Below the pieces are notes generated by a model. That model searched no databases and was not told the DNA's origin. It was given only the letters and a program-made list of their open reading frames with translations. Both the position numbers and the translations under genes were made by a program. Shown here piece by piece: positions 1 through 13,109 of a stretch of 64,000 nt of DNA (the stretch's first letter is position 1; each line of letters starts with the position of its first letter). Location of the stretch: positions 16,926,001-16,990,000 of the forward strand of contig JAQFVV010000007.1 of NCBI GenBank assembly GCA_028023455.1, in the 5' to 3' direction. This stretch comes from Epiperipatus broadwayi (taxonomy: Eukaryota; Animalia; Onychophora).

Positions 1-40
1 CACTGGATGGCTCTACTGTATTGAGAGTTTGCTACTGGTG
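1..40 (+). mobile_element. Family A repeat, 3' part cut by the window edge
   Basis: ctactgtattgagagtttgct matches the family A segment ctactgtatggagagtttagc seen in other copies. Confidence 0.6.
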
Positions 41-557
41 ATCTGTTAATATTGATTCATTTTTTTCATAAGCCACTTTAATCAGGTCTTACAGCTTTTA
101 AGACTCACTTTCCCATAATTAAAAGCTGTTCAGTCCTGAAACAAAGTTTATTTTTAAAAGCTAATTTGAATATTGAATATCTTAAATGAAATATAAAGGT
201 TCATCTAAAAATATCAAAAGCAACATAAGAACCCATTGATATTTCTTTTATTTATCAATTCACATGTGGTTATCAAACAACTAAAAATAATTAATAAATT
301 TATAAAATCTCTTGGTAATGGTAGAAAAGAAAAATGAAGAATTCACAGAAAAACACAAAATCATTCAAAAGCTTGGCTATATAATTTAGGTTTGATGTGT
401 GTATAAACAGCTTTAGAAAAACTACCACAATCACTGCAAATGATATCTCCAGTATTAATATCAGATTTTTAAACTCAAAATAAACATAAAATGAATATCA
501 TTAGAAAAGAATTGTGAGTTTCTCTTTTACAATATTATCTCAAATCTAAAAACTAAC

Positions 558-683
558 TGTGATAAAACACAGTTGCTGAAGCTTTAAACATAAAATTACA
601 AATATAAAGCAAGTCCCCTAAAAGCGCTCAGCTTTATATTTGTAATTTTATGTTTAAAGCTTCAGCAACTGTGTTTTATCACA
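558..683. repeat. Perfect 53-bp inverted repeat with 20-nt spacer (fold-back element)
   Basis: 558-610 is the exact reverse complement of 631-683; spacer aagtcccctaaaagcgctca. Confidence 0.95.
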
Positions 684-839
684 CTTTTTAATTTATTGAT
701 TTTTTGTTGAAGTATATATATATACATTATTTTTATCTCAAATCTAATAAAATTAAGGGATATTAATAAAATTGAACTTGTTTTTAATTATTTGTACCTG
801 GGGACAGAACCAGTTTCAGGAATAGCTAGAAAGTTTCCA

Positions 840-1350
840 GAGTTTTAGAAAACATAGCACCTAATGTCAAATCATGATTGACAAAACTATTTAGCAACAT
901 TATTCATATAGAAATTATTCCAAAACAAGGCATAGCAAAGTCTTGAAACTAATATAACTGAACAATGGTCCAAACAATAATCAACTGATATATTTTTTTA
1001 ATTTTCCAAAAACTGCTTCAAAGAATAATCTTAAGAATTAACCAATAATTGAGAGATATCTATCTATAGAGCAGGTTGGATTTATGATGGGAAGTTGTTA
1101 TGAACAGGTTTTAGCTTAAATAATGTACACAAAAAGGGCTTTAAAATAAGCTAAGACTAATACTATCTTCAGTGGTCTAACATCAGCTTATGATTCTGTT
1201 TAGATAAATGATCTCTTGTCAAAAGCCTCTAAGAATCCTTAAATATACAAAAATCAATAATTTACATAATAAATTTGTCTCCAATAAAAAATTTCAAATT
1301 TCTCTAAATAAATGTAGAGGATACAAAATTTTGCAGAGTCTCATGAACCT
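840..1350 (+). pseudogene. Decayed non-LTR retrotransposon reverse transcriptase fragment (I/Jockey group, Ingi/Vingi-like)
   Basis: Translates with stops and frameshifts as PIIERYLSIEQVGF..SCYEQVLA..IFSGLTSAYDSV..SNKKFQISLN, matching the RT motifs EQAGF, QVLAL and DL.AYD.V. Confidence 0.75.
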
Positions 1351-1639
1351 ATTTAAGTCTGCTTCCGTACAGAAACCTCATTTTCTATAGTGTTTCTTAA
1401 GATAATACTCCCGTCTTATAGAAAATGTATAAAAAGCTATTAATCAGATATATGGCACTAATTCAAGAGCAGTTCCATAAATTAAAACAAGAGTAGCCAA
1501 AATATGTTTAGAACATTCTACCAATGTGAAGCCAATAATTTCTAATTCTGAATAAGATGACTTATCTCTAGAAATTATTCTTAAAGTATTTGAAGTGGTT
1601 TAAACATTCAATGTTGTTTTCTAATGTTACTAAAGTATT

Positions 1640-2460
1640 TCTTACACTAACTTTTTTAAAAAATAGAAATCGCAATTACAGTCATTTCATCACGTGATGA
1701 TATTCAGGTATATAAAAAAGAATCATTTTTTAATTCTCTTATATTTGAAAAAAAAAAACAACATACTGCGATCTTAAAATACCTATTTTTATTTTTAATT
1801 ATGTTTTCGTGTTGCATAACTTAAATACCATCCTGAGGTGAAAAAAAAAAACACCCAAAGTGGTTTAATTTATACAATTTACAGATGTAAAAGAAAAAAA
1901 CTTAGTGAAATAGATAATAAAAATAAAAAAACACCTGTTGAACTCAATTGCCAATCGCGGTTCAAACGTCGCGTGAATTCCAAACAACTGATCAAAAGAT
2001 AATTTTTAACTTGAGTAAATTGAATTTATTATTTTTTAAAAGTTTGTTTTAAGAGAAAGACTTTTTTTAAAAAAATATCGTGACGAACTCTGACCTATTT
2101 ACTAATAAGTTCTCTTAAACAAATTAATCAAACCTGTCAGATTACAAAATGTCAGAAAGGCATTATTTAAAGTTTCCCGTCTTTATTAATATTTGACTTT
2201 TAGTAAGAGACGTTTTTATTACTTACTTTTTCAGTCGTTCTGGATGTAAATATCACATCACAATAAAAATCCTAAAATACAATATGCTAATTAGTATCTT
2301 TGCTCCTAATAACCGCTGTTTATTCTAACCTTTAACTAAAGTAAAACTACTCTTATATTTTTATTATTAATTCTGTAGTAAACTAATGTCAATTAAAGCG
2401 TATTATGAGAAAAGATGCAAGGATTAAAAAAAGGGATCCCTAGAGATATCATCTACGATT
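1640..2460. promoter_or_regulatory. CpG-retaining island, possible promoter
   Basis: Local CpG cluster (aatcgcggttcaaacgtcgcgtg), palindromic E-box catcacgtgatg near 1690, possible minus-strand donor cag|gtgttt near 1935. Confidence 0.3.
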
Positions 2461-2699
2461 CCAGTGGTGTCCGCAGACTATATTCTAAAGTAATTAACGA
2501 ATTATTTTTTATTTAAAGAAAAAAAACGTAAACATAATAGCGTAATAAATTTAACTCAATTGATTTGGTATTTTTTTGCATTCTAAATGCAAATAATATT
2601 AGAGATATCTAGTAAAAACAGTTTTTTTTAATTTACATTCCAGCTTTATTATTTTTTACAAACAATTTTAACTTATAGAGATAGTATGTGGTGTATCTT

Positions 2700-3610
2700 T
2701 AGGAGGGTGAGAAATTTCCGGCCTGCGGTCCAATTCTGGCTCGTAAAAATTCTCAATCCAACTCATGGACATTTTCAAAATGTGTATAACAATAGCCCTG
2801 TATAAAACTTCTATTCAAACACACAATACTATCTGCAAATATTGAATTAAGACTTAAATAAATATTTGTTATTTCCTCAACTACTACTTTTGCTCTCTCC
2901 AACCTTTATAATAATTCTACTTCATTCTCTCTGAAATGCAATATTCCAAAAGTGATATGTATTGTGTGGCCTGTTTGACTATGGATTTAATGTATATAGC
3001 TAAGAGTATTTTGTTTGTTTTTATAGTGATTTTTGCAGGCAAACTTATACTATCTAAAAATAAAACTCAAATTTTACTTTATTATTATCATTTTGCACTT
3101 AATTTTGTTTTATTAGGATGCTGCAACAAATAAAATAAAAAAAATTGACACAGAAAATCGTGCATTTCAAAATAAATGGACCAATGCATATCTTTTTTAT
3201 GGAAAGAAATAATAAATCGATGTATCTGGTATGTCTACAATGTATTTCTTTTAATAAAGAATGCAATATTAAGAGATACTATTTAACAAAACATTCTGAT
3301 TACAACAAAATTGTTGGAGAAGAAAAAAATATTAAAATAGAAAACTTGAAACGGAGCTTTATCAAATGGCTGACATGTTTTATAAAAAGTAGAAACAAAG
3401 AAAATTCTGTGAAAGCAAGTTACATTGTTGTTGTTTTTTAAGCCAGAAAATTTGAAACTATTTTTTGAAGAAAAGTTATAAAAGACCACATCCTAGCTGC
3501 TATAGAATTAATCTGTGTAAAACATAAAAAGAAATTCAAAATAACAGATATGTCAAAGAACAAGTTACAATGTAAATTAAAAAATTGCCATTCAATATGG
3601 AACCGTCATT
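2700..3610 (+). mobile_element. hAT (Charlie/SPIN/GTF2IRD2-like) transposon 5' remnant with transposase pseudogene
   Basis: Terminus ggagggtgagaaatttccggcctgcggtcc. ORF 3145-3441 reads FFMERNNKSMYLVCLQCIS..KECNIKRYYLTKH..ENSVKASYIV, typical of the N-terminal Zn-finger region of these transposases, and continues out of frame (KDHILAAIELIC). Confidence 0.85.
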
Positions 3611-4707
3611 AATAATAATGGTGTTACATTATTTTGAATTCGTAAAAAAAAATGATGCTTCTCATTTAAAGATGGAAAGTTGAAATTAGCCTATAAGTGA
3701 AAAAAAAAATGTCCTCATCAGAATAAAATCTTAACTATGATGTTGAAGCAGACTGTTTAATAAGTTCATCATCACAAGATTAATATATTGAGATTTTCCT
3801 TACAAGCTTTGATAGAGGTTTTTCTTGCCCAATATTAAGAGCTTTCAGTGTTTTACAGAGTACATGATCTGCTTTTGCTGCAATCCTAATTCAGACATCA
3901 TCCAAACACAATAATAAATAAGTGGGAATTGCTAAGACTCAGAAATAAAATGATTGATGTGATGTGATGTGATGTATTGTGGCTTCTCCTTAAACGAAGT
4001 CAAGAATATCTCAGCAATTATGTAATGGTAAGGCAATCTATAGAATAAATGTTAGCAGGAAAATTTTAAAACAACTCAATAATTTATCAAAACCTAGGCT
4101 GAAAAACAAGAGAACTGATTGATAGGAAAAAATACCCTTTGAAACAAATATAAACACAGAAAGCAACTAGTTTTCATAAATGCATGATAAAGACTCAAGA
4201 CAATGCTAAGAGTTATAATAATGTAAGCAACAATGCAATATATATGAGGGGAGTTATTGTAAGCAATATGTATGAACAATGCAATTACATAACAGCCCTG
4301 CAACCCTCATCCTACTCTTTTTATTCTATGCATGTGAAAAATGTAATAAGTGCAAAGTAGGATATAAAATTGAAACATTAGATATGTTTTATATGCATAT
4401 AATCCTTTGGTTAATTTTTCAGGAAATCGTGATATTCAGAGTCATTTCAGTCAACTGCCTAAACTCTGTTTTCTTTTCCACTTTACTCAGCTGAAAATCC
4501 TATCCTGAACTTTCACTTTTCAAATCCATCTTCCATCACTGTGCTACATACACAAGTTAATATTTTTACAAACTGTGATATATTATGAGCAACAGGAAAC
4601 AAATTCAACTAATTTTGTGACCAGAAATAGAAATCAAAATAATACCCTGCAAAATGTAACATGTCCATTTCAGGTTGTGAGTGAATAATATGCTGCAGTG
4701 TGAGCAG

Positions 4708-5031
4708 ATTTGTTGAATATTAGAAAAAAACATGTTATCCATGCATGATAAAACGTGCAGTAGTTATGAAAGAAGAAGAATTCATGATGATACCACAACT
4801 AGATTTTTTGTCTCTGGTTTGTTGAATATTGAAAAAAACACATTATCCATTCATGATAAAACATGCAGTAGTCATGAAAGAAGATTAATTCATGATGATA
4901 CCTTTACTAGATTTTTTTGTCTCTGGTTTGTTGAATATTGGAAAAAATGTTATCCATGCATGATAAAACATGTAGTAGTCATGAAAGAAGACCAATTGAT
5001 GATGATACCATAACTAGATTTTTTTGTCTCT
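4708..5031. repeat. Tandem repeat, 109-bp unit x3
   Basis: tgttgaatat recurs at 4711, 4820 and 4929 with a conserved body (atccatgcatgataaaac...actagattttttgtctctg). Confidence 0.9.
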
Positions 5032-5773
5032 GGGATCATTAGAAATTTCAAGTATTTTCAGGAAGAATTACAAATGCCAAACACTCACATTAGCAGAAAC
5101 ATTAACACAGCTTTGTTAAATGAATTTTATATATGTAAAAAATTATTACACTTTGATCTACAAGTATCAAACTTTCTGCACTCACAACTTTGACACCATT
5201 CATAACAGATAAATACATGAATTGTTATTACTAATCATTTATTAGGCAAAAGATTAACCCTAGCCCAGATATAAATTTTAAACTAAAGTCTTTACTACAA
5301 GTTTATTTACAAGAGCCAAACTTTCGGCACTCACAACTTTGACATCAAATACTTCAGATAAATATATTAATGACAACTACTAATCATTTATTAGGCTAAA
5401 AATTGTCATATATTTTGACCTATAACAGTCAAACTTCCCACTCTCACAACTTTGATATCATCTACTTCAGATAAATACATCTATGCCATTTATTTAGGCT
5501 AAAGATTATCATAATCATTTCTATACTAGATACAAACTTTAAACTATTGTCTTTATGTTGATTTACAACTGTCAAACTTTCTGTATTCTATTCACTTCAA
5601 ATGAATACATGAGTGATTATTACTAATCATTTATTTGGCTAGAGTTTATCATATCTTTCTTAACCCAGATATTGATTACAAGTGCTTTTACAAATATCAA
5701 CTTTTTTGCTCTCATTAACTATTAACCACTATATGACCACCATTTCTTATCCTTGTACATGCCATTAAAATAA

Positions 5774-6220
5774 TAGTAGCTCTTTTCATACAGTAGTGCC
5801 ACCAAGTGTATGCTATAGTAATCAAGAGATGCTAGAAGGCTTGTGCATTTAAATCCCTATCTAGCTCCTACTCATCCAATATCGTGAAAATAATTTTTAG
5901 TTTTTTGGCTGGTTATTGTGAGTATGCAAGCAAATTAGCTTCGGTTAAAAACATAATTGTATTTTTAATTTGGGACAATTGCTCTATAATTGACTAAATA
6001 GGTAAAAGATAGTTGCTAAATGAATGCATTGGATGCAAAAGTCTAAGTGCATTGCTCTCAGATTAATGACTTCTCACTGATGATAGCTATAAGCTAGAAA
6101 CAATTCTAGAGATGTTGAATAAGTAGGCATTAGATATGAATTTAAATGCACAAATCTTCTGGCATCTACTGATTATTATAGTTTGCACTAGGTGGAAATA
6201 CTGTATGAGAGTTGCTACTA
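5774..6220. mobile_element. Family A inverted pair (PLE/retrozyme-like), 3' ends outward
   Basis: Left arm minus, right arm plus; termini tagtagctcttttcatacagtag / tactgtatgagagttgctacta are inverted. Confidence 0.85.
6071..6113 (+). ncRNA. Type I hammerhead ribozyme motif (family A), core intact, stems I and III decayed
   Basis: ttctca-CTGATGA-tagc tataa gcta-GAAA-CAATTC-tagagat; 4-bp stem II. Confidence 0.7.
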
Positions 6221-6428
6221 TTTTGCACTCATAACTTTGATACTAAACATTTCAGATAAATATATTAACTAGCCCTGATACAAACTTTAAACCATTGTCT
6301 TACCTATATGTTGATCTACAAGTGTCAAACTTCCTCCACCCCCACCTTTGATATTAAATACTTCAGATAAATACATTAATAATTGGTCCTAATCATTTAT
6401 TAAGTTAGAAATTAGTATAACTTTCCTA

Positions 6429-6691
6429 GACACAGAGGCTAATCTCTCCATACATTAGCACCACTCAGTACAAGTCAGAGTAATCAATGGATGCAAGAAG
6501 GTTTGTGCTAAAATCCCTTTCTAGTGCCTACTAATCCAGTATCCCAGACTAATGTCTAGCTTATGGCTTTTGTCAGTGAGGAGCCTTGGACCTGAGATCA
6601 CTGAATGGGACTAATGTATGGAGAGTTTAGCCTCTGTGCAAACAGCTTGTGTAAGCATAAAGAATGGTTATCATGTGATGTTTAGTGGTTT
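6429..6691. mobile_element. Family A inverted pair; minus arm with decayed HHR
   Basis: Minus strand ctcctca-CTGACAA-aagc cataa gcta-GACA-TTAGTC-tgggat; right arm ends catgtgatgtttagtggtt. Confidence 0.85.
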
Positions 6692-8030
6692 AATATCTTT
6701 CCTAGACCAACTATAAACTTTAAACTATTATTTTTACTGCAAGTGGATCTACAAGTGTCAAACTTCTGGTTCATAACAGTGACACCATCCACCTCAGATA
6801 AATACATTAATGATTATTACTAATTATTCATATCACTTCTAGACCAGATATAAACTTTAAACTATTATCTTTACTGCAAGTTGGTTGACAAGTGTTAAAC
6901 TGTCTGCATTCTCCACTTTGATTACTACTAATCATTTATCAAACTAGAGATTATCAGTCCAGGCCCAGATATAAACTTTCAATTATAGTCTTTACTACAA
7001 CTAGGTTTACAAGTTTCAAACTATCTATGATCACAACTTTGATACCATTCACTTCTGATAAATATATTAAATATTATTACTAATATTTTATTAAACTAGA
7101 AATTATCCCTACTCACATGTAAGTTTTAAATATGAGCGCAAATATTTGACACTTTTAAATCAAAGTATTTATAAATATTGAACAAATAATGAATATATAT
7201 GAAAGGGATTATGGCTGAGCCTACTAAAGAGTACTGGTTTATTATGAAATATATCTTGTGGATTATTTACAGTTTTTATATGTCTTAATGTAAAATTACT
7301 ACTATTACAATTTTTATCTCAAACTTTGGACTTTGAAACAATAAAATGAATAGCTTCAACTACCTACATCACAAACCAATGTAATAAAAAATGATTTAGG
7401 GCCATATGTGTATTTATTTTTTAAATAGTTTTTGAAACAAATACATGGACATTGAAACCATTTACATTTTTGAGCAGAGTGAATATCATTAAAAAAAAAA
7501 ACTCAGTTTAAAATCTATAGCTGGAGTTTTAATTTAGCTTTAATTATATATTCATTTTTAAGAGTTTCGTTTGAAATAAAATAAAGTTAAAAATTAAGTC
7601 AAGTTTATATAAATTTCGCTGGACATATTAAGAAAGTTAAATAAATAAGTTTGTGTTGCATTTTTATTTATTTTTTTGTCTTTAATTCTTATAGAATAGT
7701 GATATATATAACATAATATTAAAAACCATTTATTTAATAGTTAATAATTTACCATTAACTTCTAGCATGCCTTTAATTTAACTAACTTGCTATATATTTT
7801 CATCTATCACCCTCTAGTGGATTCTATAAACATGCCAAGTACAGAGAAAGACGTTTGCAAGTTCCAAGATTTGATTCTATATAGCCTTAAGCATTCGTCA
7901 CTGGGTAGAATATCAAAGTATTCATTTTAATAAGTTTGTGAGTTTCTAATTCTTTGTAAATATTTTACAGAATATTAATAGCAGCATTTATTAAATATAG
8001 AATAATTTCTAAAAGCTGATGTTTGCTAGT

Positions 8031-8310
8031 CATCATCATCATCATCAATCATTATCAATCCACTGCAGGATGAAGGTCTCTCCAAGTTCAATCCATTTTC
8101 TCCGAGCGTTAGCTTCTCTTCTCCACACTCCTGCACACTTTCCTATTTCATCCATCCATCTCACATGTGGTCTCTTTCTGGGTCTTTTACAATCTCTTGG
8201 AATCCAGTTTAAGATTTTAATTGTCCATCTATTATCACCTCTTCTAGCAATATGTTCAGCCCAACTTCACTTCAGTCTTTTAATTTTTTCAATGACATCA
8301 GTAACATCTC
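8031..8310 (-). mobile_element. RTE-type LINE 3' fragment (family RTE-1) with 9-bp TSD
   Basis: Reverse of KLKWSWAEH..RWTIKIL.WIPRDCKRPRK..RWMDEIGK followed by a (GAT)n tail; TSD tttgctagt at 8022-8030 and 8311-8319. Confidence 0.9.
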
Positions 8311-9740
8311 TTTGCTAGTATCATCTTTTAAATAACATCTCTTATAAATAATATTGAAGTCTTGCAAACAACATTGATTTCACTTGCCATCATTATAAGA
8401 TTTTAAAAAACAGACAGAAGTTGTTCGTATTTTCGTTCACTAGATGTAGTTGTTTGATGACATATTGCAAGTTAATTGGTTAATGTCATCCAAAAAATGA
8501 CATCACAAGTTAACATTGCATGTTTAAAATTCCTGTTATTTTCTTTTGTACTTTAAAGAAATGGGGCAAGCAAATTTTTCAATGTTTACACTATATATTT
8601 TTTGACACTGCAATTGTTACTATGGCTGAATTTTTCATATAGTAAACAAACTTAAATGGCTACTCAATAAAATGTATCATTTGCCATGGAAAATTTGTGG
8701 TGTTTTATCTTTGAATGTGAGATCAATTGCCTGATAGTTCTTAACTAAAATGTCAGTTGAAGTTTCATGAAGGTAAGATGAATGTGGAAGTGTGTATGAG
8801 CATACTAGTATATATATTTATGATTATGTCAGACAAAACTAAATTAAGATCCTTATTTTTGGAGGCTATAAAGTTGTCAGCAAAGGTAATGGTTGGGAAT
8901 TGAAGGTTGAAAAATGTTTAAAATCTTATGATCATGGAACCAAATTGACATTTAGTGGTGTTCTTTTATTTAGCTATATATAACAGCATATTACTTTCCA
9001 TTAAAAGAAGGCCACTTAAATCAAGGAAAGGGATTATTAAATGGGACATAAGGTTTGTGAAATTAGGAGAAATAGTGATGAAATAATTAATTTAAAAAGT
9101 ATACTCTATTATAAAAAAAATATTTTAAGCACAAATAAAGTAGGATTTATTATAAATAAAAAAATGGAAAATGAAAATGTAAAGATTGATGGTATATCAG
9201 TCAGATGACAAAATTAGTTATTCAACTTAAAAAATGGGATATACCAAATGTAGATAATTCAGATTTATGGCCCAGCAAGTTTTCATTAAGATAAAGAATT
9301 TTTATATTGATGTACTAAATTATTTTGATCAGACCAAATAACATTTTGGGATTTCCAAAGTAATTATTAGTTCTTAAATTAGAGAAGAATTGAAAGGTTA
9401 TGGATAAATTTGATTTTAGGGACAAAGATCAGAAAGGACAAAGATTTGTGGAATTTGTAGAGAGGTGAGGATGTGGATCTGTATATTATGAACTATTATT
9501 AGAAAAAAATGCTAAAGACAAATGTTACTTGGAAACAACCAAATTAAGGTACAGCAGATAATCAATTACTGAAATTAAGATAGGATTAATAAATAATATT
9601 TATGTAGTCTAATTTTCACTATACCACTCTCATGCAATATAGGCATTTGGTTTCTATCCACATTTGGAGGCATGTAGTAATTTTCTACCTATATGCATAC
9701 TGAACAATTATAAAGATATGTGTAAGTGATTGTGGTCTAT

Positions 9741-9788
9741 GCCAACTGATGAGTGCTAGTTAGGCAAGAAATGCACATTTTGGGGATC
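9741..9788 (+). ncRNA. Type I hammerhead ribozyme motif related to family C
   Basis: ccaa-CTGATGA-gtgct agtt aggcaa-GAA-ATGCACAT-T-ttgg; stem I ccaa/ttgg; stem III is palindrome ATGCGCAT with one CpG transition. Confidence 0.7.
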
Positions 9789-11624
9789 ATAGATATTTTT
9801 CACATGTCTTTAGTTATATGTTTATGAATACATCCCTCCACAAGGTGTTAGAAGTGGATAAAAACCAGTCCCTATCTTGTATGAGAGTGATGTAATGAAA
9901 ATTACACTACAGAAATATTATTCATTATTGGATAATAACTAGTGTAATGAATGACCAATAAAAATTATTAAGGTAGTATTAAGTGTTAATGCAAACTATT
10001 TTTTAAAAAATAATATTAATGGTTATTATTCATAGCTTTAAAAACACTCCAATAAATTTAAATTAGAACTTGCAAATTATTTTAAATATTACAGACTTTG
10101 AAAAAGGTTTAACCTTGAGCTAAATAAATAGGTAACTGATATCCTACTAACAATGACATCACATGTAGGCAGAACAAAAAAAAGCAATTCACCAATAAAT
10201 TTTTAGACAAGATAATGCATAAAGAAAAGAAGGAATATAAAAATATTTTTAAATAATCCATTGAGAAGAAATGAATACTTAAAATTCTGTAAAATGATAT
10301 GAAAAAAATTAATAATTATGTAAGCAAAATTTAATTCAATTGGCAAATAAAATTATAAAAAAGAAAAGTTTAAAAAATAGAAAATAATATTCTGATATTG
10401 GAAAAAATGTGTTATCAATAAGAAGAAAAGGCAGTAAAAACAAAGAGATAAAAATAAATAATTTCACAAATTTACAATTAGTTTGCTATAAACAAATATG
10501 TAAATTAGGAAAGAAATGAATCCCATGTATTGAAAAACAACTAAGAAATAGTAATACAAAGTATGAATATGTTATCTTTGATAGATAGGTAAGTAAGGAG
10601 ATTTTAGCCAAAATATTACTATTAGACATTATATTTTATTAGACTCATACTAGTTTTTTTACCAAGCTAGAGTGAGAAAAAATAAAAATTAAATGATCAA
10701 GATTGTAACTACTATCTTTAAAAAGCAGAGAGATTTGTTATTAAATATTAGGAATATTAATTTTAACTATGATTGGGAAAATGTAGATAATCAAAAGTTA
10801 GACCAGCTCTATGGACTTTGAGTTCCAAAACCTACATCAGCCTACATGGAGCATTATAACCTTTTAGCATCAGCAAAATGCTAAACTAAACACATTCACT
10901 CTTTGAGTTGGAAACTTCTTTCTGCTCATGTAATTTGAGGAATAGAGAATGATGGATGATGATGAGAAAAAACTCTTTGAACTCAGAAAACCTGTCTAAA
11001 GTGAAGGATTATTCAAGGTTAAAAGGGTATTGTTAAATGAGGATGAATGGATTGGTAGTTGAAGAATGAGAAATCATTAGTTAAATCTCAAAAAATTCAC
11101 CTATAAAAACTTATTTTCAACCAATAATTCACTTATTAGAAATATGAAATGAACCAGCCAGGAAATTTGCAAGCAAAAGCTAAGCAATCAAAAACACATA
11201 GGTATATTCAATATATCTGTCTAAACTGAACATAGCTGATTGAGCTCCTTCTTGCTGTGAAATAAATAAACAAATTTATCACCTTTACTCAGCAAACTAC
11301 CCAAAAAATAATAGAGCAGACATGTATTCTTTGCATTTCCATATTAAAAATATTTTGCTAACTAGTATTGAATCTTGGAAGTGAAACTGAAATATTTAAG
11401 CTAAATCTAAACATGACAATATTAATTATGAAGTAATAATTAAGTAAAAGATGAATTATGTGTCTTATTTTAAATAACCTTTACATTGATAATCCAACTA
11501 CAAGTCAAATTTAGATTTGCCTAAATATTAGTTCCACTCTAAAATATATTACCAAAAGTGTAAGAATTAATGACCACTCTTTGTACAGTTTGATTATGTG
11601 ATGATACAGTTTATTTATTTGATA

Positions 11625-11995
11625 CAGTAGCAGAAGCTCAATACAGTAACACCACCCAGTGCAAGCCAGAGTAATCAATGAATGCAAGAAGGTTTGTGCA
11701 TAAAATTCCTATCTAGTGCTTATTTATCCAATATCTCCAGAGCAGTTTCTAGCTTGTGGCTTTTATCAGTAAGGTGGCTTAGTTCTGAGAGTGCTGCACC
11801 TAGATCTTAAGATCTATTGCAATCCTCCAGGCACCATCTTTTATCATTTCAATTAGGCATAAAGCTTGTTTCAAAATGAAAACACAGTAATGTTTTCAAT
11901 CCCAACTCATTCACATGTATAGTCATTCGATTTGAAACCAGTTCAGTATCTATATATTATGGTATCTTTGGTTCTTTAATAATCATAATCATCAT
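11625..11995 (-). mobile_element. Family A unit including upstream ~200 bp, the palindrome ctagatcttaagatcta and a decayed HHR
   Basis: Minus CTGATAA-aagc cacaa gcta-GAAA-CTGCTC-tggagat; upstream segment homologous to 53900-54075 and 12540-12710. Confidence 0.85.
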
Positions 11996-12019
11996 AATCC
12001 CATGATCAAAATTGGTATT

Positions 12020-12167
12020 GACCACTAAACAACACATGCTCACCATTTCCTATGCTTATACAAGCTGTTAACACAATTATCAAATGCTACTCCACTGTGT
12101 GAGGTGTTTGCTACTGTGTTAACAGCTTGTGTAAGCATAGGAAATAGTGGTCATGTGATGTTTAGTC
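12020..12167. mobile_element. Family A minimal inverted pair (3' ends only)
   Basis: accactaaacaacacatg...acaagctgttaacaca / tgtgttaacagcttgtg...catgtgatgtttagt. Confidence 0.85.
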
Positions 12168-12539
12168 TATTTATTTCACAACTAGAATGTTATATTTAAT
12201 TCCATTTCAGTTTATTTACATTAAATACAGAGCAAAAAATATTTCATATATGTATATGTCATTTCCTAAACTAATAAGATGTACACATCTCCAGATTACA
12301 GATTGTTATTCAGTAGCATACACTTCTTTCACCACTGCTATGTCTCTTAATGGAAACTTTAATAACCAGTGTTTGCCAGATGGTAGTGTTTAATAAATCC
12401 TTATGCAATGCTATTCTGTCCAATATTTCCAAACTAGCATCTAGTTTATGACTTTCATCATTGAGAATAGTCATTCAGATCTTGGAACAGTGCACATGGC
12501 CACAGGTTAAAAAGTGCCTATAGTTGTTAAAAAACATAA

Positions 12540-12775
12540 GGACTCCATAATATATAGTTACTGAACAGGTTTCAGATTTGTATGACTATATACACAAATT
12601 GATTTAGATTAAAAATGTGTGTTTTCAGTTTGGGCTAATACCTTAATAATATAGCAGAAAAATAAAAGATGGCTGCTAGAAGGAAGACACATTAGATCTT
12701 AAAGGTTTAGGTGTACCTCACTGATGAAAGCCATAAGATAGAAACTGGTCAGGGTCTATTGGATAGAATAGTACT
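12540..12775 (+). mobile_element. Family A unit with internal deletion; HHR core intact at 12721-12750
   Basis: cctca-CTGATGA-aagc cataa gata-GAAA-CTGGTC-agggt, preceded by attagatcttaaaggtttagg. Confidence 0.75.
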
Positions 12776-13109
12776 GTTTAAAGATTTATTAAGCATTATC
12801 ATCTGACATCAGTTAGTTACCAAAGCAACTGTGGTGAAAGAAAAAGAATTTTCAGTTTATTGAGTAATTAACTAAATACTCCCTATATCTAATACATTGC
12901 TATACTAATGCAAGCTAACGTATATACATATGTATGTGTTTACTTATGTGCATATATATTGGAGAAAGAAAGAAAATCTAAAATGATCGTATATTTTTCA
13001 TAAAAATGTTTATTATTATAAAAAATTTGACGAAATTCTTAAGCGTTATCCTAATTTTGATAATTGTTATTTTGGTTCCAGTTATTAATATGTTATTATA
13101 AATTAGCAA

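Larger units (their letters stand above)
5100..7105. repeat. Degenerate tandem array, variable ~115-155-bp unit, about 9-10 copies, interrupted by two family A insertions
   Basis: The anchor tacaagtgtcaaactt...cacaactttga...cttcagataaata recurs near 5155, 5307, 5420, 5561, 5686, 6225, 6313, 6746, 6885 and 7006. Confidence 0.85.

Noticed and set aside
4732-5013. 93-aa ORF with internal repeats
   Set aside because: Read-through of the 109-bp tandem repeat; the unit is not a multiple of 3 and no domain is recognisable.
8019-8318. His-rich ORFs at 8019 and 48560
   Set aside because: Antisense readings of the RTE (GAT)n tail and 3' end.
9400-9560. GIY-YIG remnant upstream of the 9741 hammerhead
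   Set aside because: CGSVY..T.R-like reading needs several indels; not supportable without an HMM.
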